Below, in pieces: positions 37,295-50,040 of a DNA stretch of 64,000 bases. Under the pieces are notes generated by a model. It did not search any database. It saw nothing but the letters and a program-made list of their open reading frames with translations, and had not been told where the DNA came from. Both the position numbers and the translations under genes were made by a program. The DNA is taken from the NCBI GenBank assembly GCA_012026655.1, contig JAAILG010000778.1:1-64000 (forward strand), given 5' to 3'. Source of the DNA: Hydrolagus affinis (lineage: Eukaryota). Position 1 is the first letter of the stretch. Each line of letters starts with the position of its first letter.

Positions 37295-37380
37295 CAAAAG
37301 CCAAAATAGTGCAAATGCTGGAAATCTGCAATAAGAGGAAAGTGAGTTAATGTTTCAGGTCGACGACCTTTCATCAGAAG
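37295..37380 (-). mobile_element. Penelope-like terminal repeat with hammerhead-ribozyme core
   Basis: The minus strand reads CUGAUGA-A-AGGUC-GUC-GACCU-GAAA-CAUUAAC. Paralogous to 1068-1210. Confidence 0.6.
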
Positions 37381-38759
37381 TCTATTTTGTTTTGCTCTGT
37401 TGAATATATTTGCTGTCTGTGAACATTTTTCTCTTCCTTCTAATGGCAATTATGCTACATATATGACATTCACCTCATTGCATCCTCATTGCATTGATAT
37501 CAAAACTTACTGGACCTTTTCCCCCGCTAATTTGTTATTTTCCTGCAGCTTACTGTAATGGAATACTTCCTAACTCAGTCACCACTTCCAATTGCTATGG
37601 AACAACTGTAAAAACCCAAATCCGGTATCACCAACAAATAAATTCTCAGTTTATCTTGTCTTCAATTCCCTCTTTTCAACCTCGCTTGTGGTTCTTAAAA
37701 TTTGGCCCTTCCACTATGTTTTTCTACTTAAACAGTTTCTCTCTATTTTCCTAGGCTATGAAGGAATGTCTATCAATGAAAGCTGAGTGGGTTTAAAGGC
37801 TAGCCTGCAGTGACAACCGCAAAGGGAGAACCTCTGTTCAGGGATCTTGACAACACCACTGACTGGCCTTAGCTGGGATTGTTGTGTTACCACAGCGCTG
37901 TGCAACAGTTGCCACTGGCCACATTTGGCCAGTTAGCTTTTCAGATGTAAATAAATTGATAAATTCACTTACGTTTCAACTTGCTGGATTGAAATGGATT
38001 TTCTGTCATCTTATCACATCAAAACATCTCAAAGGCTTGTTGACATGTGGTCAGTGGCCGTTGAGTTGGACAGCGCTGTATTCCAGCACCTTGCAGTTAT
38101 TGTTTGGCAGGACTGAATCAGTATTCAGGAGTAAATCTAGCAAATCAAAAGGACATGAACTCTTTCAGCACGCAGTGCTGCACAAGCAACAAAATGGGCA
38201 AATTTTAGCCGTGAATGATATAGGTCATACAGTCAGTCAGCTGGTCAGTGCATATAGATGGCAAGCTAGTAAGTGATTCCCATTTTGCATATATCAAAGC
38301 ACAGCTGATTCCCAGCAGTGGAGAGTGCAGGCACTGCATAAATTACACTCAGAAAATATATGGTATCTTAATCAAGGAAGAAATATCCATTAAGCCATGG
38401 CACAGAGGTGGTAATTTAGCTTAAACAGCAGACACTTCTGTCAGGGACAGCTGTACAACTGATATTAGACAGGGAAAGCAGTGTCATATGCATTAGAACA
38501 GTTCTCACTATTTCATGCCTAATAGTTTTCTGTCGCTAGCTTCCAGATGATAAATAAAGTTGTTTGCTCTCATCCATCTCGATTTGCTGGCTGTTGCCTC
38601 ACACTTTATGAGCTCAGCCTCATAAATTTCAGGCAGCAGGGCAAGGGCCTTGGGACAAAGACAAGCGTTGGATAGATCGTGCATGAATTTAAGCAAGGTA
38701 TTAATCAAGGGCATAGAAGAGAGTGAGTTTTGTGCTCCCTATTTTGCTTATTATTTTCT

Positions 38760-38930
38760 TTACTGTATTGCTATATTGCTGCAATGGAAGGATGGTCCTT
38801 GGATGTGCAATTATTAATTGAAACTGAGGCTCAGGGCTGTAGCTCAGGACGTCAGGGTTGAATAGAAGATGAGATAAATTCCGACATTGTTGATTTGGTG
38901 GCACAAAACTTCAGGTTTCAAGGCCTGTTG
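38760..38930 (-). mobile_element. Old L2 RT fragment
   Basis: Minus-strand catcttctattcaaccctgacgtcctgagc resembles the GILFDPELSF segment of the L2 at 41555. Confidence 0.4.
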
Positions 38931-41554
38931 ATTAGGGTAGAGTGATGGAGCTAGGAAATCTACAGGTTTTCTTGGTGTTGGTTCCAGTTAAAGCTGTACA
39001 TCTATTAAAACCTTCTCAACATCAAACCACTGCTGACTTCAGTTTTGTGGTGGCACTATAATTAGCTGTGGGAGACTGTGTATTTGAGACAGGAATAGGC
39101 AGCCAAGAATCTCTGTGAAATGCAATTACTTTATGTTTAAAATACATTTCCCCTCCTGCCCTGAACTTCTTGGCTCATGCTAGGGTACAGTTTCATAAGA
39201 ATTATGAAACGTGTATCTTGCCTTCATAAGCTCATATTCATATGAAACCAATCGATACGAAGATCAGTTTGACCTTAAGAGATATCAAAGTTAAGTTTTG
39301 AAACCCAGCAGATATTTTGCCTTGCAGCACCCAAGTGAAAACAGCCAACTCAACACAGCTAGGTTCTTCCTGGTCTATGTGGCTCAGTTTCACATTGAAG
39401 TAAAGGGTAAGGAGGGTGTGGGGTGCAGGGGGCTGGTAAGAAAGCTTGGTTTTATTGAATACATTTTTACAGATTATCGCTGTTCATTAAGATGAGATAT
39501 GATGGCGGACAAAGCATTTCTCAGAGAGTGATTCTTTAAAGATAATCAGATGAATAGAATTTCTAATTTTATCCCATGACTGATAAAATAATTACACTGC
39601 TTGCAGCAAGTGTAATGACTCTGCCATTATCGTGGCCGCTCGATTTAATTCTGTTGTCATAGGCTGAGCATACTTGTTAACTCTTGGGTCCAGTTTACCA
39701 GCTGGAAATGAACCCAATCAGGAAGCGATTAAACTGGAGACTATCAATTTGTGCCCAACTTCATCAGCCTGTTTTCCATCTGTCTAAACATTATAAACCT
39801 TCAAGTCCTACATCCAAATATTTCAGTCGGAGCTACTTCAAGTGCTGAGATTACTTTATATTTTGCTCAAACTCTAAATTGTCTGTTTCAGTGCAAGGAG
39901 ATCAATCTTAAGTGTGGATAAATGTAAAGAACTTGGATTTTTATGGTGCTGTGTTACATTAAAATGTCAAAAAGTGAATCCTAAATTATTGCTGTTAAGT
40001 GAACTGACTGATTGTTGAGGATGAAGGCAGCAGCCACTTGCACCAATAAAATCCCCAAATCAGACACAAGGTTTGATGAATCTGGAGTATTGTTGACCAG
40101 AAGATTGGCCAAGATAATGGAGTGAAGAGAGAAATGGTTAATTGAAAGTTTGATTTTTTGTGTGTGAATCTTCTCTCTGAAATGAAATGAACCTGGGTCC
40201 ATATGTATATAGTTCAGCACAAGCATGGGATTGAACTTTGAGTTCTCCAGGTCTGTACAATTCTGTTCCATACCAGACAATACTGTACATGTACTCACTA
40301 AAGCAAGACAAGGAATCTGTTTTAGTGTTCTACTACAACAAAATTACATTTCTGGAGCTCCTTTCACGTTGGGAGGATGTCCAATTTTCTAATAAGTCTC
40401 TTGCTACGGGCAACTGAGATCACAACATTGCTTCTGCAGGCAACCCCCACTTTCAATCTCCATTTGGGAGATTTGTGTGTTTTGTGCTAAACTGTATATC
40501 AATACATCAAATAGCCATGTCAGCTCTGGCATTGTAATGTGTGGAATAAAAGTACTTGAGACAGACCTCAGCTTTATTGTTAAGAACCTGAATAAAGTAA
40601 AACTAATATTTATATTTGATACAGCACCTTTCATGCCAGGAAGATGTCTCAAAGTGCTTTACAGGATTTATATCAAGTCCAGTGTCTGAATTTTGTGGGT
40701 AAAATGTGTATCAACTGCTTTAAGACAATAGTTGGAAAGGCTCAGTGCAGCACAGGGCATTGTGACTTCCTAACAACTAGTCAGGAACTCTAGCTTGTGA
40801 GATGTGGTTCAGAAGGCCTTGAAGAGCAAATGTATAAAATGATTTGAGTTGAAAGCGCTTGAAGTGGCTAGTCATCCAACAGCATTCAAGGCTTCAACTT
40901 TATTAGTAGAAGTTTAATTTCACAAAGAAGCATCCTTTATAGCCATCTCTACCTTCTTTATGGGCAGGTCTAGGAGGGATTTAGACAAACCTGCAGTATG
41001 AGGTAGTTCCTAATGGCACATTATTTTGGTGCTTGATATGACTCTTGCTTGAGGTATGTTTCCAGAATTAATTCTTTGGTCTTCTCTTAACTGCATGTAT
41101 GCATTGCAATCTCAAGGGATCGGGAACTACAAGCCTAACACACTACAGGAAGAGATTGATTTGCCAGCTCTCAGTGGCAGCCAAGACAGGGTTATTGGCA
41201 GCAGATAGAGTGATAGCCACACTTTTAATGAGGCCCTACAAACTTCCTCCAAAGCCAGCCTTGGCTCGCTCTGATGATTGGGAGAAAGCACGCCAGCACT
41301 GGGTTTTGCTGTCTAGTGTGAATTGGACAGGTATAGATGTCCAGGAATGAGTTATTACTTCACAGTGATGAATACTGATAAAGCTGAGGATATCCCAAGT
41401 ATCGTGATGCTAGATGATTGCCTACTTTACAATACAATTTATATAGTGCCTTTCATGTCAGGCAGGCTTTACACAGCTGGCTGGTCACTTTGCACTGCAA
41501 GACTGCTTACAATAGAACCAGTGTTATGAGCCATTCTCTTATATCTTTGGTTTG

Positions 41555-42421
41555 CCTGAGGCCCTCCTGATTGGCTCGCTGCAGCGCCTCTGCACCTCAG
41601 GCGCTGACAGCATCAGCTTCCAAGGCTGCACTCTCCACCTCTCTGAGCCAGTCAAGAACCTGGGCATCTTGTTTGACCCTGAACTGTCCTTCATCTCCCA
41701 CATCCGTGTCATGACTAGTACTGCCTTCCACTATCTTTGCAACATCGCCAGACTCCGCCACTGCCTCACCCCTCACCTTTGGGCACCCGCCGCTGTCCAA
41801 ACCCTCGTCCACTCATTCGTCACATCAAGGCTCGACTATGGAAACTCCCTCCTCATCAGCCTTCCTGGTTCTTCCCTTCACAAGCTGCAGATCATCAAGA
41901 ACTCTGCAGCTCGTGTCCTCACCCACACCAAGCTTCACGACCACATCACTCCCACCCTCTCCCGGCTCCATTGGCTCCCCATCCCCTAGAGGATCGAATT
42001 CAAGATCCTTGTCCTCACCTTCAAGGTCAGTCACGGCCTTGCCCCCCAATACCTCTCTGACCTGCTGTCCCCCTATGAACCTCCCCGCCCCCTCCGTTTA
42101 GCGACCTGCTCCATGTCACCCGCCCGAACCACCCTACCATCGGCGGAGGGCTTTCAGCCTCTCTGCCCCCACACTCTGGAACTCTGTCCCACAGTCCCTT
42201 CGCCTTGATCCCTCCCTCACCTCCTTCAAGGCTGGTCTCAAGACCCTCCTCTTTGCCCGTGCCTTCTGCTGCCCTCCCAACTCTCTCCCTCCCCTCCTAA
42301 CTCTCTCATGCCCCTCCCCCTGCCCCTCCCCCCTGCCCTTCTCACTTGCTTGGGTCCCGACTTGACTGTTCAGCGCCTTGGGATGTTCTCACGACACTCT
42401 ATGAATGCAATTTTGTTGTTT
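41555..42421 (+). mobile_element. 5'-truncated L2 LINE (ORF2 C-terminal half, inactivated)
   Basis: VKNLGILFDPELSF, LVHSFVTSRLDYGNSLL and HITPTLSRLHWLP motifs. In-frame TAG at 41987-41989. The tail ends in ttgttgtt. Confidence 0.93.
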
Positions 42422-44242
42422 GCTTATAAAGTAAGTGCCTATTGTGGATCTGCAGTTCACTTTAGTACATGGACTGTACGACTGCTCACATGCTAAAAAA
42501 ATAGCTGACGTCACAGTCCTCAGGTTACCAACCAACAGCACACTCTTGCACTGATGTCACATGATGTTTACCGAGGTATAGTAAACACTGACCCATTTCA
42601 TGAAAAAAAATCCTGTTCTTCAGAATTGAATCACCACATACAGAGGAATTGTGAGATGAATAAATTCAAGGCACCTGTGAAGCAAATGCGAGTGCAACCT
42701 TTTAAGTGTAGTGCAGAATGAGATAGCTTAATATGTATCACAATAAACATTGTTATTCATCCATTATATTCCCCGTACCTGATTTCCTCCTTTAATCCCG
42801 GGTTCTTCTCATTATGAACTGATCATAAGCTCTGTTAACTATTTCTAATAATCCTTTTTATGAAGCATTAGGGATTGTGAGTGCTCCAGTGGTCCAGGAT
42901 CCTCGGCTCTGGCGTTGATGGGCTGATATTGCAGTGATTGTTCCAGCTATTTGATTTTATTTAATTAGCAATGTTGAAAGGAGGAGATTTACTACTATTG
43001 CTTAATAAAGAACAACTATGATGGGGACTGGTGAGATCTTATAATGCCACATTACTAAAGAGATGGCAATGCTGCCTCACAAGATTCTGGTAAGTTTCCT
43101 TGCTGCCTCGTGGGACATTAGTGTAAGAGCCAGCCAAAGAAATACCCCTCTCCCCTCCGCGTCCCACCCCCATTTCCTCTGGCACTGCCGGTTACCATTG
43201 TTTTCTGGCCAAGACAGGCTCAGAGTTGAGATGCTGTTTCAGGCCATAACAGATTGTGTTATGCTTTTATTGGTTATGAATGACATAATTAAAGCTGCCA
43301 GGATTTTTTGCCTGTACCTGATTTGTGTAAACATTATGTAACATGAGACAACAAATAAATACTGTTGGATGGTAGAGTATTGCAAAGAGACTGAGCTGTT
43401 TCACCATTGTGGTCGTATGTTCCCCCAAAGTTTGGATGAAAGCCCACTGTTGGAAAGGAGCTTCACCCTGGCTACAACTTGTTCTATGTCGGAGAATTTG
43501 ATGACAAAATTGAATAAGTGTTCCAACATGTTTTGCCAGCATTTTGATGAGCAGAGATTCATAAACTAATATGAATTAGTTATGAAAATCAATCAATAAA
43601 TCCCATCAGCACATTATGCTGCCTTTCTGTCATTCCACTAAATCTTGTACTAAACTCCTCTTATTAGAAAGCCATTAGCACAGTGTCTATTTGTAACAGA
43701 TATAGATTTTACTGTACCTGTTATTGCTTTCTGTTAATACTGCTGCCTTATAATGATATTAGAGGGAATCTGTGTAGTGAACAGGAACTCACAGTCACAT
43801 AAATGATGCTCAAAGCAAATTTGTATTTGTTGGGAGCGCAGTCAGTGAATATCAAAAGGCTATTTGAACAAAGGGGGAAATCAAAGCTAAATCCCAAACA
43901 TGCCTTCACTAAACCCTCACATCCTGCAAAAACAGCAATAATTACTGATTAACCAAATCAAGAGTGCCACCCTGGATAATGGTTCCTCATTATCTCCCTC
44001 AACCAAGATATTTGTTGGCATCTGCATCGTCATTATTTTTCTGCTTGGAATCAGTTTACTCACAAAACCCTTGGGATTGAATCTGGGACCTTACCCTCTT
44101 CCATTCATTTCCAAATTGTGCATAATGCTTTGAATAATTGTGGCAGCATTTTATACATTATATATATATATACACACACAGTATATATATATTTATATAT
44201 TTGGAGATGTAATCCAGTGCAGAATGCCCTGTTTATCTTGTA

Positions 44243-44445
44243 TAACAACAACAAAATTACATTTATAGAGTGCCCTTCATGTCGGGAGGACGTCCCAAAG
44301 CGCTGAAATTCTATACTATAATTCTTCAGGGCTAGTTCAAAAAGCAACAATAGTCTGTGCACAATGTACATTGATGGCAACTGGGAAACAACAACAACAA
44401 AATTACACTCCTTTCACATCAGGAGGACATCCCAAGACGCTGAAA
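44243..44445 (-). mobile_element. Two ultra-short L2 3' tails (44243-44305 and 44386-44445)
   Basis: (CAA)n-aattaca...tcgggaggacgtcccaaagcgctg, plus a second more diverged copy. Confidence 0.75.
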
Positions 44446-45949
44446 CAATTGTGTATGAGGGAATTATTTCCATGTTGCTTTAATTTTGTGAGGTGGGCTC
44501 AGCAATGGTGAAACAGATCAGCCTCTGCTGGCATTATAGACCCTAACACATATAATGCTATTTATTTATTGGCTCATATTATGCAAATCAGGAGCTGAAA
44601 TTCTGGATGAAAATTCCTATCCTTATTCCAGAGACATGGAGACTAATTGTAGCACCCCTAATGCTATTCAAACTGAGATCAACACACTCAGCGCAGTCTG
44701 CAGATCAAACCTGCTAACTCCCTGGCCAATATGGTCAAATTCTACGCTGAGCAGAGCCTGTATCTTGAGAGTTGAGGCAGTGCTTGCCTGTGCTTTACAC
44801 TCACATGACATCATGATAGAATATTTACAGATTGTCATTCACTTCTCCTTTCTCCTGAAGGCGTCAATTCCCGGTTGCGTTGCAATTTGAAGTCCAAGTG
44901 GACAAGCTCACAATTGTGGTATATGACACTGAATACTGGCCAGTTATTCAATTTGTATCGCAGTTGAGCTCACTCCAGACCTCCCCTGAAAATTGGAGTT
45001 TTACAATATTTGCATTTCTGCATTTTAACGAATCATTGGATTGTGTGATTCTGGACAAACTTCTGGCTAACTCTCGACACAGTGAATGCTGCTATTAGTG
45101 GGTGCGAAGGTGTGTTTTGGAATGTGTTTTTCAAACGCAAATGAGGCACAAGTCAATGCTGGAAATTAGATTTAAGAGTAGTCCTGCAGGTTGATCGGAA
45201 AGTTGCATCTTGAAACTAGCTTTCTCATTGCAGTTATAAATCACCTGCCAGCTCTTCTTTTGCTGCTCAAAATGCTCTGTAGCTGTACATCAGACACATC
45301 CAGGCTTGAATGCTATAGAAAATTCAATAGATTCCAGGGGTAGCTGAGTTGACAATTGTTGCAGTAGTGGCGATGTGAAGCACAGAGAAACACAGTCACA
45401 CAAACTCACATCAGGTCTATACACCACATACATACACACAGAGATGCAGGCAAAAACACATACTTACAATTCTTAACCTAGTTAGTGGCTCAAATAATTT
45501 CTATATGGTCTCATCCATTTGTATTTGGGGAAAAAAGGACATAATCTCAGCCTATGATCTGCATTAGCTATTATCCCTGATGTGTTTTCATACAATTTTA
45601 ATGCAGTTACTCACAGCAACTGGGCTGCAATAATCTTTAACCATAACCAATGCTTGGGCAATGCCCAGTGTGAAAATGCAGAAGCAATTGCCTCAGTCAA
45701 ACACAAGCAACATTTCAGTATATAAGCAAAGTGCTTCCAAGTCCCATATCATTTGTAGACTCACATTGCAGAGCTGGGAAGATCCAGGAAAGAGAATATT
45801 TCTGTGATGTTTGGTTTGTGAATAATTAAATACAAGAGTCATAATTATTTTCACTTTTCCTCTCCTAAATGTTCTCTTATTATCTTGTGGTTTATGCTGG
45901 ATTCAGTTGGTACCACACTCCCTCCAGTGCCTTGATTAAGTGGCCATTT

Positions 45950-46062
45950 GGGCCACATATATACAGTCGATTCACTTTACAGTATATTCTGTGAAGTGCT
46001 TTGAGAAAATCTAGAAGACGTGAAAAGTAGTATAACAAATGCAAGGATTATTATTTTATTAT
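45950..46062 (+). mobile_element. SINE 3' tail inserted in an AmnSINE2-like copy (~45850-46200, - strand)
   Basis: The tail sequence interrupts aagtggccatt...tcatgtgtgcttagacagtg. Confidence 0.7.
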
Positions 46063-48689
46063 ACTTGTCATGTGTGCTTAGACAGTGCGCTTGGACAAAT
46101 GAACAAATAAGAATATCTCCCAACACCCACAGACATGTGCCCTGCTCTACAGCAGAGGTTACCAGATAGCAATCACCCTGAGCTCAGCTGGGCATCCATG
46201 AAAATGTATCCTAGCATAAGTTGGTAGAGCAGAAAAGAACATTGGAAAGGAAGGAAGCTAAACTGATTGTGGAGTTCCATATTTTATTTAAAAAGGCACA
46301 TTTATTTGTTCCTGACTAATGAAAGTTTTCTTTTTTTGGATTCATAGAATGTGAATCATTGTACTGTACATTCATATACTGAGAGAACTATTGATGATTT
46401 ACTCTTATTTTGCCTGTGAACATCCTGATTTATTCTATAAAAGGGATTTGTAATTCGCCACTGTACTCTGAGACTGAGGGAAGTTGGCCTCTTACCATCC
46501 ATTTGGACTTTGACGTGATAGATGCACCTTCAAAAATAACCCTATTCAAAGAGATCCACAGGAGTCTCTGAAGCTGTAAAACAGAAAACTATATTTATTT
46601 GCAAGTCATTTCCAAGGCCCAGAACAGATTTTTTGCCTAACTGTGATTGCTTCAGTCAGTGAGCCAGAACGTCTATTCCATCACAACTGATGGCTATTGA
46701 TAGCAGAGCTAATTGGGAAGTCACTGATGGGGAAAAAAATGTTTTTTAAGACAACAAAAATAAATCTCAAAAGTTTACATTTGCATCACACTACGTCAGC
46801 AATAAAACATTGAAACTCTCAAAATGGTTAACTGTGTTTTGTAGTGCGTGCACTGTGACATGCGACCGAGTGTGATCGAGTGGTGCAAGAAAGTGGTGTG
46901 ATAATCTAATTAGATCCAAGTTTGACTTCACTGATAAAAACTCAGTTGGTTGACTGAAGGAAACTGGGAAATGCCACAATTGTGCCACAGAAGTTACTAT
47001 TCTGAAATGTGATAGAGCAGAAGGAGCTTTACTCCCCCAAAGTGAACTCAGGAGTGGGTTGTGTTGATAATGGATCAAAAGGAAATAAATGATTCCATTC
47101 CTCAGCCATTACATCCTTTCCCTTAATGCACAACCTACCCGCCCCCAAACTCAAAGCCATTTGATACTCAAAATTGTTGTGTCTCCAGCTTGTGCGGTTA
47201 ATTGTAAAAGGATGGTTAAGCTGCACTACAAACAAAGAACCAACTGATTACAGTGAGAACATAAATCTGGTTTATTTCAATTAAAATGAATTTATTTCTG
47301 ATTAGAATGGGGCTGATCTGTCAAAGACGTTCTCTCTTGGTCTACAATCTGTTCTGTGTTTTTGCTTCAATTTCAATCAGGAGCGAAAGCAAACTTACAA
47401 CGTTCTGATGTGTTTCAGTTCTGGATCCAATTCTCAATTGTTCTCATGTAAACATGGACCCTCTTTGATCTTCTCAGTGTGCTTTGAAACTGCAGACACA
47501 TCCGAACAGAAACACGAGGTTACCTTTGCAGGACTAAAAGAGAGGATGTTAGGTGAAGGTTTCAGTTATCTGCTTAACCAAGCCGCCTACAAGTGTGTGG
47601 TCTTAACGTATTTAAAATGCAATGTAAAGCTTTGGTGTCTCTGAGCAACATTTTCTAGTACTGTACTAACATTTCAAGATGATGCATTAGTCCCTCTAAC
47701 TGCTCAGTTGGTAAAGGCACGAACTAGCGTGCAACCTGAGTTACATAATTCCAGAAACTCCAGGCTCAGTCTGTGCTGAGGTATCCATACCTGGGTGGAA
47801 TGGTTGCAGTAAGGTGCTACAATTGGGCTCGGAATCTGTCTTGTCCTGGCATATCAGAGTTGAAACCTGAGCTGATATTTTGCAGGGACTCTGAGGCCAT
47901 TTGTAACTGAAGCTTTTAGTTGCATACACATTTGCCGGTCAGATATTGGGCGGAATGGAGAGATTATCACCAGTAACCTTGAGAGGCAGATGATGGATAC
48001 TCTTGTCTCTTGCCAGAATGTGCTGTCTGTGCCCTATGCTGAGAAGGTTTGGATAGGAGAAAGTTCCGTCAGTAATTGATTCTGAAGTTCTGAAAGGATT
48101 TGAATCTTTTAATAATGATTGATCGTCCATATAACTGATGAATCCTGTGAATACCCTTGGGGCTTCATCCTTGAAAAGTCACTGAAGTTAAGGGCTACAA
48201 AGAGGTTATTAAAGTTTTCAATAAACTTCAATATCTAATCCAATGACATTCAACCTAATGAATGCTTGTTAGGCACCAAGATTATTCACAATAATACAAT
48301 ACAGTCAAATATACCAGACACAATGTTAAGATATACAAGTATAAGATATACAAAATGTTTGCTTTCTAAATATTGCTCCAATTGGTTTTCTTATTTTCTC
48401 CCAATGTTTCTGCCTCTATCTCTGAACGTGATCACTAGCTCAGAAGTAGAGTTCCATATTTGCCAGCAACTCTTTGATTTGGCATTTTCTTTTCCTGAGC
48501 CCAGATGTTTCTCCATTTGATGGAGGGAACCAGGGAAGGAACTAAAGCCAAATTCTACCCTGTACATTCTCTATGTTTTCATCATTCATTTTCCAGCAGA
48601 GGTCACTGGATAGCAGTTAGAGCAAGAACTTCAGCTGATGGTTCTCCACTGATCCAGAGCAACTCAGACCATTTACATAGAGTGATGTG

Positions 48690-48870
48690 ACACATGCCAT
48701 CCGGCCTAATGAGTACAGTACATGCCAGTATTTATTCTCCACCCGAGCCCCCATCCCTCCAATTCCTTGTCTTATACCCCTGTATCCTCTCCTCACGCAT
48801 ATATGCATCAAGGTTTCTGTGATACTTTTGCTTTAGACAGCGAGTTCCACATTCTCACCACCCTCTGCAT
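48690..48870 (-). mobile_element. Old CR1 3' fragment
   Basis: gccatccggcct ... gagttccacattctcaccaccctctg is a typical reverse-strand CR1 3' motif. Confidence 0.5.
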
Positions 48871-49224
48871 TCTTTCGTCTCACAGACCAATCATTCAACC
48901 TGGGTTCATTGAGCACCAAATTTCGTCTTTCTTTTAGTCTTAAGATCGTTATCATAACATTTAAGATTCTGCAATATTTTAGGAAATCCTTAAATTCAAT
49001 CTCAATTTGGAAGCTATTTGCCTCCAGGTATTTTCTGATCTCTTAGTTCCAAACAATTCCAAATAGGATAGTGCATTTACCAACTGAGCTATTGGGGAGA
49101 AAATGTAACCAATTGAATTAATACATGTAAAACAATGTGATTCAAAAAGTAACACGGTTAGAAGGGCCTTGTTAGTGTAGTTACCTGAACTTGGTTTTGG
49201 TTACCCTCTTGCACATTAGCACAT

Positions 49225-50040
49225 TAAATGAAGTTTAATACAGAGAAGTGTGAGGTGATACACTTTGGGAGAAAAAATGAGGGGAGGCAATATAAGCTAG
49301 ATAGTACAATTTTAAAGGATGTGAAGGAACAGAGAGACTTGGGGATTTGTGTTAGTGACTCTTTGAAAGTGGCACGACAGGTAGACAAAGCCATTAAGAA
49401 GACATATGGGATATTAGGCTTTGTAAATAGGGGTATAGAATACAAAAGTCAGGAAGTGCTGATTAACCTCTATAAGAATTTGGTTAGGCCTCAGCTGGAG
49501 TCTGTGTACAGTTCTGGTCACCACACTTTAGGAAGGATATTAAGGCATTGGAAAGGGTGCAGAGGAGATTTACTAGGATGGTACCAGGAATGAGGGACTT
49601 CAGCTATGAGGAAAGCCTAGATAGGCTAGGCTTATTCTCTCTAGAACAAAGAAGATTGTGTGGGGGAGCTAATAGAGGTTTATAAGATTATGAGAGGTTT
49701 CGACAGGGTGAATAGGGAAAGACTGTTTCCACTGGTGGGCGAATCAGTGACTCATGGTCACAGATTTAAAATAGTTTCAAAACGAAGCAGAGGGGAGCTG
49801 AGGAGAAATTTTTTCACTCAGCAGATTGTTTGAATCTGGAATGCATTGCCTGAAAAGGTGGTGGAGGCAGATTCCATATTAGCTTTTAAAGGGGAACTAG
49901 ATCTTTATTTAGGAAGAGCAGGTCTGTTAGGTTATGGGGAGAGAGCTAGGCAGTGGGATTGAGTTCCTCTGTTCAAAGAGCCGGCACAGACTAGATGGGC
50001 CGAATGGCCTCCTTTTGTGCCGTATAATTCTATGATTCTA
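49225..50040 (+). mobile_element. 5'-truncated CR1 LINE
   Basis: MKFNTEKCEVIHFGRKN, QRDLGI and [11 protein letters not shown] motifs, with a 1-nt frameshift near 49502 before CVQFWSP. Ends in attctatgattcta, the CR1 octamer tail. Confidence 0.95.
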
